This document shows positions 1-10,300 of a stretch of DNA of 64,000 nt, in pieces (position 1 is the first letter of the stretch; every line of letters starts with the position of its first letter). The position numbers were made by a program, and so were the translations under genes. Under the pieces are notes generated by a model. That model was given only the letters and a program-made list of their open reading frames with translations. It had not been told where the DNA came from and ran no database searches. The stretch comes from an uncultured Candidatus Saccharibacteria bacterium (lineage in GTDB: Bacteria; Patescibacteriota; Minisyncoccia; Phycocordibacterales; CSBR16-119): positions 23,214 through 87,213 of the forward strand of contig CAZPVH010000001.1 of the NCBI GenBank assembly GCA_964589975.1, written 5' to 3'.

Positions 1-118
1 AGCGAGTGAGATGTAAGATAATTTACTCACAGAAGCGACAACTTTTTTCAAAACATTTTTTGAAAAAAATTTTTGGTCGAAAGCTGTCGTGCGATTTTAT
101 AAACTAATCACTAATTCA

Positions 119-205
119 ATGGCTAAGAAAAAAGCTAAGAAGGCTGCAAAGAAGAAGACAGCTAAGAAGTCAGCAAAGAAGAAGTCAGCAAAGCGACGAC
201 GATAG
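119..205 (+). CDS. 28-aa Lys/Ala-rich basic peptide (histone H1-like repeats)
   Basis: Hand translation MAKKKAKKAAKKKTAKKSAKKKSAKRRR*; AT-rich leader; followed by a terminator hairpin; below ORF-track cutoff. Confidence 0.7.
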   Translation: MAKKKAKKAAKKKTAKKSAKKKSAKRRR

Positions 206-226
206 TCAGAAGAACTGCCTTGTAAC

Positions 227-258
227 AAAGATCCCGCTCTCGCGGGGTTTTTGTTTTT
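227..258 (+). terminator. Rho-independent terminator
   Basis: ATCCCGC-TCTC-GCGGGGT stem followed by T-tract. Confidence 0.7.
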
Positions 259-275
259 GTGGTAATCTAGTTCCC

Positions 276-2813
276 ATGTCTATATTATCCAGCCTGAAAT
301 CGGTCTTTGGCGACGAGAACTCGTCATTCCTGAAGGGGTCAGAGAAAATAGTGGAAAAAATCAATGCTTTAGAGCAAGAGCTTTCGGCTGTCGCTACTAT
401 TGATCTGCCTAAAAAAACCCTGGAGCTTAAAGCTCGCTTGGCGGCCGGCGAGAGCCTCGATGATATTTTACCGAACGCTTTTGCTCTGGTCCGCGAGTCG
501 GCTAAAAGGACTTTGGGTCAGCGGCACTTTGATGTGCAGATGATCGGTGGATACGCCATGCATAAAGGCTACATCGCCGAGATGCGAACCGGTGAAGGAA
601 AGACTCTGGTTGCAACGCTCGCAACGTACCTGAACGCGCTCGAAGGAAAGGGCGCTCATGTTGTGACCGTAAACGACTTCTTGGCTCGTCGCGACGCTAC
701 GTGGATGGGCGAAATCTATGCCGCTCTCGGCCTCTCGGTCGGTGTCATTAACTCTCAGAATGTCTCATATATATATGACAAGACTGTTCAGGGCGAAAAG
801 GACGAGGAGCGGGATGCTATTGGCTCATTCAAGGTGGTTTATGAATTCTTAAAACCGGTCACGAGGAAAGAAGCTTACGCCGCGGACATCACATACGGTA
901 CGAATCATGAATTTGGCTTTGATTACCTTCGAGACAACCTGGCGCAGAACGCGAACGGTATTGTCCAGCGCGGGCATCACTTTGCCGTGGTGGATGAGAT
1001 CGACTCTATCCTCATCGATGAAGCTCGAACGCCGCTCATCATTTCTTCAGCCGCTGAAGATTCAAGCGACTTGTATCTAAAATTTGCCGGGATTGCTAAA
1101 ACCCTGCAGCCTGAAACTCATTATGGAATTGACGAGAAGCTTCGCGCCATCACTTTAAACGACGCTGGTATCGAGCTCGCCGAAAAGCTTCTCGGTATCG
1201 ACAATATCTATACCGAAAAAGGCATAAAATATGTTCATCACCTTGAGACGGCTATTCGAGCCGAGGCGCTCTTCAAGCTTGATAAGGAATATGTAATTCA
1301 GAACGGCGAAGTTATTATCGTCGATCAGTCGACAGGCCGCATGATGCCCGGTCGTCGCTTCAACCAGGGCCTTCACCAGGCGCTTGAGGCCAAAGAAGGC
1401 GTCGAGATCAAGCAGGAAACTAAAACGGTTGCTTCGATTACTTACCAAAACTACTTTAGGTTCTATAAAAAGCTAAGTGGTATGACCGGCACAGCCAAGA
1501 CTTCGCAAGAGGAGTTCTACACCGTATATGGCCTGGATGTCATGACCATTCCGACGAATGTTCCTGTGGCGCGTATCGATGAGCAAGACCTCATCTTCCA
1601 GACCGAGAACGGAAAATTCAAGGCTATTGCCGAAAAGATCAAGGAAGTAAACAAAACCGGCCAGCCTATTCTTATCGGTACTATCTCGATCGAACGAAAC
1701 GAGCTTCTTTCGGCGTATCTTCAGAAAGAAGGCATCTCCCACACTATCCTTAATGCCAAAAAACACGAATCAGAGGGAGAGATTGTCGCTCAGGCAGGCC
1801 GCAAAGGCGCGGTGACTATCGCGACGAACATGGCTGGCCGCGGAATCGATATCAAGCTCGGCGGCGACCCGGCAACCCCCGAAGAGCGCGAAGAAGTTAG
1901 GCGCCTCGGCGGACTCTTCGTCCTCGGAACCGAGCGTCATGAGTCGCGACGTATCGACAACCAGCTCCGCGGCCGTTCCGGACGCCAAGGCGATCCGGGC
2001 CGAACACAGTTCTACGTATCGCTTGATGACGACCTGATGCGTATCTTCGGCGGTGATCGCATGAAAGCCATGATGGGCAAGTTCGGATTGCCGGAAGATC
2101 AGCCTCTTGCAAATAAATTTGTTTCGAACGCCATTGAAAGCGCTCAGAAAAAGATTGAAGGCTTCAATTTCGACTCCCGAAAGCATACTTTGGAGTATGA
2201 CAATGTCTTGAACACCCAAAGAAAGGCGATATACGACCGTCGCCGCAAGATGCTCATGGCAGATGATGCCGAAATCCGGTCGTTCCTGGAGACCCTGTAC
2301 CCTGATCAGCAAAAGCTTAGTGAAATAATCGAAAATAAGATTACGGAAGTTGGCGCGGAAAACTTCTGGAACACGGCGCGCAGAATAATTCTTCATGTGA
2401 CGGATGTTTTATGGGTAGAGCATTTGGAAACTATGGATTATGTACGCTCTTCGGTTAACCTTCGGGCTTACGGACAGCGCGAACCGCTTATTGAGTACAA
2501 GAAAGAAGGCCTCAACTTCTTTAATCAGATGGAAACGATATTTCGCGAGCAGGTTTTGTCCCTCATTGAGACCATAAAAGCGGCAGAAGCGGCCGCTCCG
2601 GTACAGCCAGAATCGGAGAAGGAATATGTAACTTCAGGAGGCGGCGTAGAGGGCGATGCGGCCAAGACTCCGATTCAGAAATCAGAAACAGATGATATAG
2701 GCCGGAACGATTGGGTAATCATCGAAAAGGGAGGAGAAACTCAGGAAATGAAATATAAAAAGGCCGAAAGCTTTCTCGCAGACGGGTGGACGATAAAAGA
2801 AGTTAAGAGATAG
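276..2813 (+). CDS. secA: Preprotein translocase ATPase SecA
   Basis: MRTGEGKT Walker A, VDEIDSILIDEARTPLIIS, TNMAGRG, RRIDNQLRGRSGRQGDPG motifs. Confidence 0.99.
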   Translation: MSILSSLKSVFGDENSSFLKGSEKIVEKINALEQELSAVATIDLPKKTLELKARLAAGESLDDILPNAFALVRESAKRTLGQRHFDVQMIGGYAMHKGYIAEMRTGEGKTLVATLATYLNALEGKGAHVVTVNDFLARRDATWMGEIYAALGLSVGVINSQNVSYIYDKTVQGEKDEERDAIGSFKVVYEFLKPVTRKEAYAADITYGTNHEFGFDYLRDNLAQNANGIVQRGHHFAVVDEIDSILIDEARTPLIISSAAEDSSDLYLKFAGIAKTLQPETHYGIDEKLRAITLNDAGIELAEKLLGIDNIYTEKGIKYVHHLETAIRAEALFKLDKEYVIQNGEVIIVDQSTGRMMPGRRFNQGLHQALEAKEGVEIKQETKTVASITYQNYFRFYKKLSGMTGTAKTSQEEFYTVYGLDVMTIPTNVPVARIDEQDLIFQTENGKFKAIAEKIKEVNKTGQPILIGTISIERNELLSAYLQKEGISHTILNAKKHESEGEIVAQAGRKGAVTIATNMAGRGIDIKLGGDPATPEEREEVRRLGGLFVLGTERHESRRIDNQLRGRSGRQGDPGRTQFYVSLDDDLMRIFGGDRMKAMMGKFGLPEDQPLANKFVSNAIESAQKKIEGFNFDSRKHTLEYDNVLNTQRKAIYDRRRKMLMADDAEIRSFLETLYPDQQKLSEIIENKITEVGAENFWNTARRIILHVTDVLWVEHLETMDYVRSSVNLRAYGQREPLIEYKKEGLNFFNQMETIFREQVLSLIETIKAAEAAAPVQPESEKEYVTSGGGVEGDAAKTPIQKSETDDIGRNDWVIIEKGGETQEMKYKKAESFLADGWTIKEVKR

Positions 2814-2843
2814 CCTAATGCAATCGTGCTATCATTATCCTAT

Positions 2844-3782
2844 ATGAAAATGGAAGGAATGGGGGCGCAGACGCCGCAGAATCACGGCCAAGAAATGGCC
2901 GATCTTGATGTGCTCGAGCGTGAAGCCCAGGATGATGTTACGGAGGAAGGCGTTCTCACTGATACTCTAGAGGGAGCTGATGCCATGGAGCAGGTTATGA
3001 AGGCCGCTGAAGGACAGCTCTACGGCGATACGGAAGAGGGCACGAATGCAATGGATGCAGTGATGACGGAAAGCAAAGCAGCTGATGTGGCACGGATCAA
3101 TGAGATCAGGGTAGAACTCGGTCTTCCAGAGACTGAAGCGTCACTTGCGCCGAGAAGCGTCTTTGATGTAGCTTCTCGCGAAATGGCTGGATCAGCAAAC
3201 ACGGGCGTGGCAGAGTCTCTGGAAACCCCATCGGCTGAACCGGCAGAAATCGGGAATGAGGCGGCTGTAGAAACGGCACTCAAGCCAGTCATTGAGAAAA
3301 CGGACAGAGCAACAACCGACCTCGAGCAGTCCCAAGAAGGAGAACTCAAATATGCATTGGGTGGCTCTGTCGTCTATGACCGCATGCCGGCGACGAATCC
3401 CCTCGACACGAAGATCATCCTCGTCCTTAACCCGGCCAACGGTCGGTGGACGCTTCCTGAGTTTCCCGTATCTCCGGACGCGGGCGATGAAATGGCGCAG
3501 ACGAAAGCGATGATCGAAGACTTGACCGATATCAAGCTCGACATGAAAGAAAAGGTGGATGAGCTGGTCGAGGAAGACCAGAGCGGCAATACTCTCGAAT
3601 ACAACTATTATTCGGCCAAGGCCGATTCTACGGAGCCCCTCGCGGATGAGGAGATCACTCGCTGGTATACGATTCGAGATCTGCAGGAGGGAAGCGTTGA
3701 TCTTTACAAGCATGTCATGCCAGTCATCGGGAAGGCCATGGAAAAGATTATCGAGCGGGAAAATCAGGAATCAGAGAAATAA
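2844..3782 (+). CDS. Acidic protein with C-terminal degenerate NUDIX-like domain
   Basis: E/D-rich N-terminus; C-terminal GGSVVY...GRWTLP...RWY layout resembles the NUDIX fold, but the Nudix box is not intact; start chosen at the ATG 8 nt after TGCTATCAT. Confidence 0.6.
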   Translation: MKMEGMGAQTPQNHGQEMADLDVLEREAQDDVTEEGVLTDTLEGADAMEQVMKAAEGQLYGDTEEGTNAMDAVMTESKAADVARINEIRVELGLPETEASLAPRSVFDVASREMAGSANTGVAESLETPSAEPAEIGNEAAVETALKPVIEKTDRATTDLEQSQEGELKYALGGSVVYDRMPATNPLDTKIILVLNPANGRWTLPEFPVSPDAGDEMAQTKAMIEDLTDIKLDMKEKVDELVEEDQSGNTLEYNYYSAKADSTEPLADEEITRWYTIRDLQEGSVDLYKHVMPVIGKAMEKIIERENQESEK

Positions 3783-3798
3783 TCATCTACCAAAAAGG

Positions 3799-3826
3799 AA
3801 AGGCCCCGCAATGTGCGGGGCCTTTT
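3799..3826. terminator. Bidirectional terminator between convergent genes
   Basis: AAAGGCCCCGCA-ATG-TGCGGGGCCTTTT. Confidence 0.8.
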
Positions 3827-5088
3827 CATTTGCCTCCTTCAAAGATGAACGTTCTGGCGGTCTCGAGCGAGCGCATCTTGTCGAGTTCATCTTGTATGGT
3901 CTCGAACTGAAGTTCGTCGAGAAGTCCATACATTTGGGCGTCAGTTAGTACTGATCCTGTATAAACCAGACAATTGCACATGCTGTTAACATCACCCCAC
4001 GGCGAGGGTGTTTGCATGTCCTTCTCGTCACGAAGCGCTTGTTTTACCTTTTTAAACCACGGGCGCGACAGCAAACGTTTATCATTCAAGACCCCGTGCT
4101 TCAGGATTTCCAAGACCTTTTCGGGGTGTTGAGTATCCACATGAAATCCAAAATGTCCGCCGTCCGGGCTCTCGAAGCTGGTCGTGAAGCCCGAATATGC
4201 CAGAGATTTCCTATGCCTGATGTCTCGAAGTAGAGGGGAGTCAGTCATGCCATGGGTAAAAATTGAACGCATCATCCATTCTTTCACCATTCTTTCCGGT
4301 GTCTCCATCCCAGCCTTCGTTGGAAAAAGTAGCTCGACAGCCGAAGAGGCTTGCTTGGTGGGTAGGATTTTTTCGGTGCCAGCCTCCCACTTCATTTGCT
4401 TTACCACAACTGCCGTTTTCCTTACGGAAACATCTGCGTGGTATGGCAAGTCACGGAATCTTGGCTTAAGCATCCGTATCACTTCCATTTCTGAAAGCGA
4501 GGTAGACATCAAGAAGATCATGCGTGACGTACTGTAGCCCTTTCGCCTTGCGAGGAGCAGGTCCTCATGAGTCATTCCGTTTAGACTCTCGAGGTTTCCG
4601 ATGACCGGATACTGCAAAGGATGATCCTTCCAGACTTCTTGCATAATGCTTTGGAACATCAAGCGTCGCGGCTTTCCAAGTCCTTCGCTAATTTCTTCGC
4701 GAATGATCTTGCGTTCAGACTCGACGTCTTTTGCCCGCAGAAGCGGGGAAGCCACCAGATCTGTCACGACATCTACTGCTAGGGTGAGGTGACTGGTCGG
4801 GACATGAGCGTTGAATTCGGTAGTGTAGTATCCCGTGGATGCACCAATATTTCCACCAGTGTTGTCGATGAGTGTCCGAAGGTTCTTATTCCTCCCGGGG
4901 TATTTTTTCGTCCCACGAAATGGAACATGCTCGAACCAGTGGTACAGTCCGGGTTTGCCGATGAACGTATCGTCAATACTTCCAGTGAGTACCGCTAGTC
5001 GGATAGCACTGTTGTGTATCCCGTCGGGCGTTTTGTTGTAGTAAACTGGAACACCGTTTATCTCGGCGATCTGTTTAAAGTCATTCAT
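3826..5088 (-). CDS. M16 (pitrilysin/insulinase) family zinc peptidase
   Basis: Inverted zinc motif HWFEH (HxxEH), PFRGTK, ERKIIREE, HPL.YPVIG. Confidence 0.9.
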   Translation of the reverse strand: MNDFKQIAEINGVPVYYNKTPDGIHNSAIRLAVLTGSIDDTFIGKPGLYHWFEHVPFRGTKKYPGRNKNLRTLIDNTGGNIGASTGYYTTEFNAHVPTSHLTLAVDVVTDLVASPLLRAKDVESERKIIREEISEGLGKPRRLMFQSIMQEVWKDHPLQYPVIGNLESLNGMTHEDLLLARRKGYSTSRMIFLMSTSLSEMEVIRMLKPRFRDLPYHADVSVRKTAVVVKQMKWEAGTEKILPTKQASSAVELLFPTKAGMETPERMVKEWMMRSIFTHGMTDSPLLRDIRHRKSLAYSGFTTSFESPDGGHFGFHVDTQHPEKVLEILKHGVLNDKRLLSRPWFKKVKQALRDEKDMQTPSPWGDVNSMCNCLVYTGSVLTDAQMYGLLDELQFETIQDELDKMRSLETARTFIFEGGK

Positions 5089-5154
5089 CTATGTAGGGTT
5101 GTTAGTGAGCTTTCGCGCATATTAAAATAAATTTGCTCATATGTCAAAGAAATG

Positions 5155-5185
5155 AAAAAGGCCCCCGACGAATCGAGGGCCTTTT
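5155..5185 (-). terminator. Terminator downstream of 59-aa ORF
   Basis: AAAAAGGCCC..GGGCCTTTT hairpin. Confidence 0.7.
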
Positions 5186-5200
5186 AGAGGAGCACGCTCC

Positions 5201-5380
5201 TCAGTTGCCGATGCGCAGGTGACGTCCCTGGGCGAGGTGCTCGCTGATCGGCATTTCGCCGACGCCATCTTCCAGGATGACGAGGGACCTGCGGCCGATG
5301 TAGCGCTTTTCACCTGCGTTGGTGATGTCGCGGGCGGCGATGTCGAAGGAGCGGAGGGACTTCTTGGCGGTAGCTTTCAT
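5201..5380 (-). CDS. 59-aa hypothetical protein
   Basis: Hand translation MKATAKKSLRSFDIAARDITNAGEKRYIGRRSLVILEDGVGEMPISEHLAQGRHLRIGN*; C-ending codons, own consensus promoter and terminator. Confidence 0.75.
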   Translation of the reverse strand: MKATAKKSLRSFDIAARDITNAGEKRYIGRRSLVILEDGVGEMPISEHLAQGRHLRIGN

Positions 5381-5406
5381 GTTCGTTGGTCTTTGATTTT
5401 GCTTAT

Positions 5407-5434
5407 ATTATACACATCCTAGTAGTTTTGTCAA
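5407..5434 (-). promoter_or_regulatory. Consensus sigma70 promoter
   Basis: TTGACA-16 nt-TATAAT on the minus strand, with an extended -10 TG. Confidence 0.8.
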
Positions 5435-5565
5435 GTTTCTATAAATTCTCCTACGTCGGACGCAGAAGCACAAAAAGATTCTCGGTAGCGATAGTTTTCT
5501 AAAAGGCTGAAAAAACATTGAAAAATATGGCCTTTATAGGCTTGACGGAGGGGTAGTTTTATGGC

Positions 5566-5594
5566 TTGACAAAAAGTTCTGGACATGCTATTAT
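5566..5594 (+). promoter_or_regulatory. sigma70 promoter of cell-wall hydrolase gene
   Basis: TTGACA-17 nt-TATTAT with TG extension. Confidence 0.75.
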
Positions 5595-5713
5595 ACCCTT
5601 GTAATCCCGAAAGGGGTTTTTTGTTTCCCCGAGCACTGCCCACGGGCAAGACTCTCAAAAGTCTCCTCGGACGAAATTTCTACCACGGAGTTGTCGGAGC
5701 GAAACCGTCAAAT

Positions 5714-6319
5714 ATGAACAAGTTTAAAAATAGACTTCATTCATTTATCTTGTTGCCACTACTTCTTACCAATATTCAGGCTCCGGAATTCTTCAATAAA
5801 CCGTTGATTTCGGACCAGATGGTAGAGAACCTTGGCATGAACTTTCAAAATCTAAGTAATGACGCAGTAGTGATCAGCCTCGACCCTAGGGCCGAGAAGA
5901 TCGACGCTTACTTCGCTCAGTGGGATCTCCCTATGAGTGGATACGGTGACGAGCTTGTGGCGGTCGCTGACGAATATGACCTTCCTTACAATCTCTTGCC
6001 GGCGCTTGCCATGCTTGAGACTACTGGAGGCAAGAACGTCTGTAAGAGCGAGACTGGCAAGAACAATTTCTTCGGATATGGTTCATGCAAGATCCCGTTC
6101 GCTACTCCCGAGGACTCTTTCCGAGCCGTTGCCAAGACCATCTCTGGTAACAGCGAAAAGACAGCCCACCTTTATAAAGGTAAGACTGTTGAAGAGATCC
6201 TCGAAGTATATAACCCGCCTGAGGTAGAAGGTATCATGCCTGGCTACCACAAGAAAGCTATTCGCGTCATGACTGAGATCGACAATATGGAAGTTCCCGC
6301 TACTCTGGCGCAAGCTTAA
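5714..6319 (+). CDS. Secreted lysozyme-like (glucosaminidase/GH73-type) cell-wall hydrolase
   Basis: Hydrophobic N-terminus; LLPALAMLETTGG (catalytic Glu helix), NNFFGYG, YNP motifs; ATG at 5714 after a structured leader. Confidence 0.7.
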   Translation: MNKFKNRLHSFILLPLLLTNIQAPEFFNKPLISDQMVENLGMNFQNLSNDAVVISLDPRAEKIDAYFAQWDLPMSGYGDELVAVADEYDLPYNLLPALAMLETTGGKNVCKSETGKNNFFGYGSCKIPFATPEDSFRAVAKTISGNSEKTAHLYKGKTVEEILEVYNPPEVEGIMPGYHKKAIRVMTEIDNMEVPATLAQA

Positions 6320-6327
6320 TGAAACAG

Positions 6328-6364
6328 AAAGACCCCTCACATTGTGTAGGGGTCTTTTTGTTTT
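6328..6364. terminator. Bidirectional terminator
   Basis: AAAGACCCCT..AGGGGTCTTTTT hairpin between convergent genes. Confidence 0.75.
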
Positions 6365-6855
6365 GCCGGGGTGATGGCATCAAAGAGCTGGCCTTGCTTT
6401 TCCTTGAGCTTACGCACGGCACTAGGAGTCAGTCTCTTTGGAAAGAGTTTCTTCATCTGAGCACGGTCACGCAGAAGCTGTACGAAGAGTTCGAACACAG
6501 GCTTGTATCGACTATCCAAAGGACTTCTCGTTGTGCGTCTTTGAAACACTTCCATGGCCGTTTCCACGAACAATACGTCATCAGACTTAGGTGGAAAAAG
6601 TTCAGGACAAACTTCTGTCTTCTGAGCCTTCTTCTTTGCCAAGAATTTCCGACGATGTTCGTCGTATGCCGAAGGGAAATGGTTTTCTCCAATAGCAAGG
6701 ACGCAGCGTACAAGCTCTCTCATTTTACCGTGGCTGAACGGGTCTTCAGGCTTATGACTTATTTGAGCGTGGTAGTGTCTCACTAGCACCGCATCCTTTA
6801 CTGGGTCGAAAGGAATGGTGTTCGAGAGCGTGTCTGATGGCTCTTGTTTCCTCAT
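6337..6855 (-). CDS. Hypothetical basic protein (172 aa)
   Basis: ORF with TTGACC..TAAGAT promoter and A-rich leader; no recognisable family. Confidence 0.65.
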   Translation of the reverse strand: MRKQEPSDTLSNTIPFDPVKDAVLVRHYHAQISHKPEDPFSHGKMRELVRCVLAIGENHFPSAYDEHRRKFLAKKKAQKTEVCPELFPPKSDDVLFVETAMEVFQRRTTRSPLDSRYKPVFELFVQLLRDRAQMKKLFPKRLTPSAVRKLKEKQGQLFDAITPAKQKDPYTM

Positions 6856-6941
6856 GTGTCTTTTTCTTTTATCTTAATCTTTTTTTGGTATAGGTCAATA
6901 AAGAGAGAAGCCCGCCGTGAGGCGGGCTTCCATGTGTTCAG

Positions 6942-7268
6942 TTAGGCTGGCTTCCAAGCGACGACAAACTTTGTTCGGTTTCGGCCTGCTTTTAAGGTCC
7001 GGAAAGTTCTGTCGGACGGATTGAAGAAGAGTGTTTGCTCAAGTTCGTACACTCTGGAATTCAATATCGCATAACGGTTACGTTGCCAGCGGGTCATCTG
7101 TCGTGCCTTGCACTGTACTCTCATAAAACAATCGGGGGGTCCGTTTTTGACATCAGTCCATTCATTGAGGGGCCTTACCGGGCCTGTTTTTCTAGGTCTA
7201 GGTGAACCAGTGCCGGGGCCACGAGAGTCTGCGCCGAAAAATCTGTGTTCGTTGTCTGGGAAGGGCAT
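6942..7268 (-). CDS. Hypothetical basic protein (108 aa)
   Basis: ORF with TTGACA..TAGAGT promoter overlapping the dnaE stop, and hairpin at 6907-6930 downstream. Confidence 0.6.
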   Translation of the reverse strand: MPFPDNEHRFFGADSRGPGTGSPRPRKTGPVRPLNEWTDVKNGPPDCFMRVQCKARQMTRWQRNRYAILNSRVYELEQTLFFNPSDRTFRTLKAGRNRTKFVVAWKPA

Positions 7269-7310
7269 GTGCTGTGGTTTTCAACCACTCTATCTCAAAC
7301 TAGATTCCTG

Positions 7311-10300
7311 TCAAATTTCTTTGACGTTGTCGATTATGATAGTGCGTTCGCCTTCGCGGATGTTTACTTTGCCTTTGATGGCAACAGTCTTGTCAGGCTG
7401 GAGCATGGCGACATATGTCTTCCAGGTTTCTGGAAAAGCGACAGCCTCGATTGTGCCCGAGAGGTCTTCGAGCTTAATAAAAGCCATCTGCTGATTTTTC
7501 TTCGTTACCAGAGTCTTTGTCGTTTGGATGATGACGGCGACAGCAACGACTTCGTCATTTCTACCGGACGTTCTAATTTTCAATAGATTCATTCCGCCCT
7601 TGTCGATTTTTTCTCGGACCTTATCAAGCGGATGTCCGGAAACGTAGAGCCCGAGGAGCTCTTTCTCCCAAGCTAGCATTACATCTTTTTCTGCTGGGGC
7701 AGAATCGGTGAGCGCGAGCTTTGATTTCGGCGCCAAGTCGCCACCAAAGAGACTTCCCTGATCTTTGTCTTGTTTTGAAAAAGATTTATTGAACTCAAGC
7801 AAGCCTTCAATGTTCGCAAGTAGATTTCCGCGTTCGCCGAAAGCGTCCATAGCGCCGGATTTAATCAGGGCTTCCAAGGATTTGCGGTTCAGGTTCTTGT
7901 GAGTGACACGCTCCAGAAAGTCCGGGAGGCTCTGGAACTTGCCGCGCTCTTTGCGCTCGGCGATGATCGCGTCGGAAATGTCTGTGCCGAGGTTCTTGAT
8001 CGTGTAGAAGCCGAAGCGGATTGCGTCTTTTTGTCCGGCCTCTTCAGCCTTGATCACGGTGAATCCGCCGAAACATTCGTTCAGATCTGGCGGCAGGACT
8101 TTTACGCCCATGCGCTCGCATTCGTGGATGATTTCGGAAACTTTTTCTACATCGCCGGACTCGGCGGTCAGGATGGCTGTCATGTATGGAACAGGGAAGT
8201 TCGCTTTCATGTAGCCGGTCTGGTAAGCAACGCGGCCGTAGCTTGCGGCGTGCGCTTTGTTGAATCCGTACGCCGCGAAAGGCTCAATAAGTAGCCAGAG
8301 CGCATCAGCTTTTTCTTTTGAGAGGCCGTTTTTTATAAAACCTGAAACTAGTTTTTCTTTCTCGGCGGCCATGACCTCAGGAATTTTTTTACCCATGGCC
8401 TTTCGGAGTTTGTCGGCTTCGAGCCAGCTGTAGCCCCCAAGATGAATGGCAATCAAGAGAACGTCATCTTGGTAAGTGATGACGCCATATGATTGAGAAA
8501 GAATTTCTTTCATCCTAGGATCGAGATATTTTATGAGGTGTGGATTTTGCTTGCGACGAATATATTCAGGAATAATCTCCATTGGGCCCGGACGATAGAG
8601 AGCCACCATGGCGTTTATGTCATCAATGATTGTTGGGCGTAGTTCCTTTAGATATCTTGTCATGCCAGAGCCATTTAGCTGGAAAAGACCTATGGTTTCT
8701 CCGCGGGCCAGCATCTCATAAGTTTTTTTGTCGTCCATTGGGATGTTTTCAATATCGACAATGACGCCTTCGATTTTTTCCACCAGTTTCACCGCGTCGG
8801 CAAGGATAGCCAAGTTTCTAATTCCCAGGAAGTCGAACTTGATGAGCCCGGCCGATTCGACGGCGTGCATGTCGTACTGCGTGATTATTTTTCCTCCCTT
8901 CGGATCGAGCTGGATCGGCGCGTAGTCGTCTACGCGTGTTGGTGAGATAACGACACCCGCAGCGTGGACGGAGATGTGGCGGGCGCAGCCTTCGATTTTT
9001 TTTGCCAAGTCGATGATTTCTTTTGTCGCTTTGTCTGTGTCGTATTGCTCTTTGAGTTCTGGAACCATCTTGAGGGCTTTGTCTATGGTCATGGCGAAGC
9101 CCTGCTTACCGAGGGGAATTAGTTTAGAAATTTTGTCGCCAACACCGTAGGGATAACCTAGAGCTCTGGCGACATCGCGGACGGATCCGCGGGCCATCAT
9201 GGTTCCAAATGTTCCGATTTGGGCGACAGCATCTTTGCCATATTTCTCTCGCGCATAATCAATCACTTCATCACGCCGATTATCGGCAAAGTCCATGTCG
9301 ATATCTGGCGCTGACGGACGCTCCGGGTTTAGGAATCGCTCGAAGGGGAGTTTGAAATGTAGTGGGTCAACATTCGTGATACCGAGGAGATATGTACATA
9401 TAGAGCCGGCGACCGATCCTCGGATGTTCGTCAATATTTTATTCTCTGAAGCGAAGCGGATCAGGTCTGCCACAATGAGTAGATAAATAGAGAAGCCTTT
9501 GTTCTTGATGATTTCAAGTTCGTACTCGATGCGTTTTTCGATCTCCTCACGACTCTCACCGTAGCGTCGTGGAATGCCCGCATAAACATATTTCCTGAGT
9601 TGTGACTCGGCGTCTTCGCCCGCCTCGAGTTCGAATTTTGGAAAAACCCATTTGCCGAGCTCAAGCTCGATGTTTACCATGTCAGCGACCTTCAAAGTAT
9701 TCTCTAGTGCTTCGGGTGTGTCAGAGAAAAACTTCAAAGCATTTTCTGGGTTAATGAAAGAGTAATCTCCGCCCATCTTCATGCCAGAGCCTTGGGTGTT
9801 GATGGCAAGTAGGGTGTTGTGTGCGTCTTTGTCGTCTTCATGGAGGTAATGAGAGTCCCATGTGGCGACGATCGGAATATTAAATTCTGCCGAGAGTTTT
9901 TTTACTCCAGCCTTTAAGACTTCGTACCCCTCCACTTCAGCGTGGCCCATGAGCTCTAAGAAAAAATTTTCTTTACCGAAGATGCTTTGGTATTTTTCGA
10001 TGATAGATTTTTGTTTGAGAGGATCGTTGGCACGGATAGCGTGAGCAAGCTCTCCGGCAGGACATCCAGAAAGACAAATAACACCTTCAGAGTATTGCCT
10101 CAGGAGCTCCTCATCCATTCGTGGTTTGTAGTAGTAGCCTTCGATGAACGACATGGAAACGAGCTTCATCAGGTTTTTATATCCCGCAATATTTTTTGCA
10201 AGAAGTGTTAGATGGTAACGCTTGGAGTCGATGTTTGATTCTTTGTCATGACGCGTACGCTCTGCGATGTAGGCTTCGACGCCGATGATCGGCTTGATGC

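Noticed and set aside
5603-5713. c-di-AMP (ydaO) riboswitch, suggested by AATCCCGAAAGGG upstream of a wall hydrolase
   Set aside because: The other conserved blocks (GGAACC, GGGGTGAA, CCCG..AGCTAAC) are not visible; kept only as an unnamed structured leader
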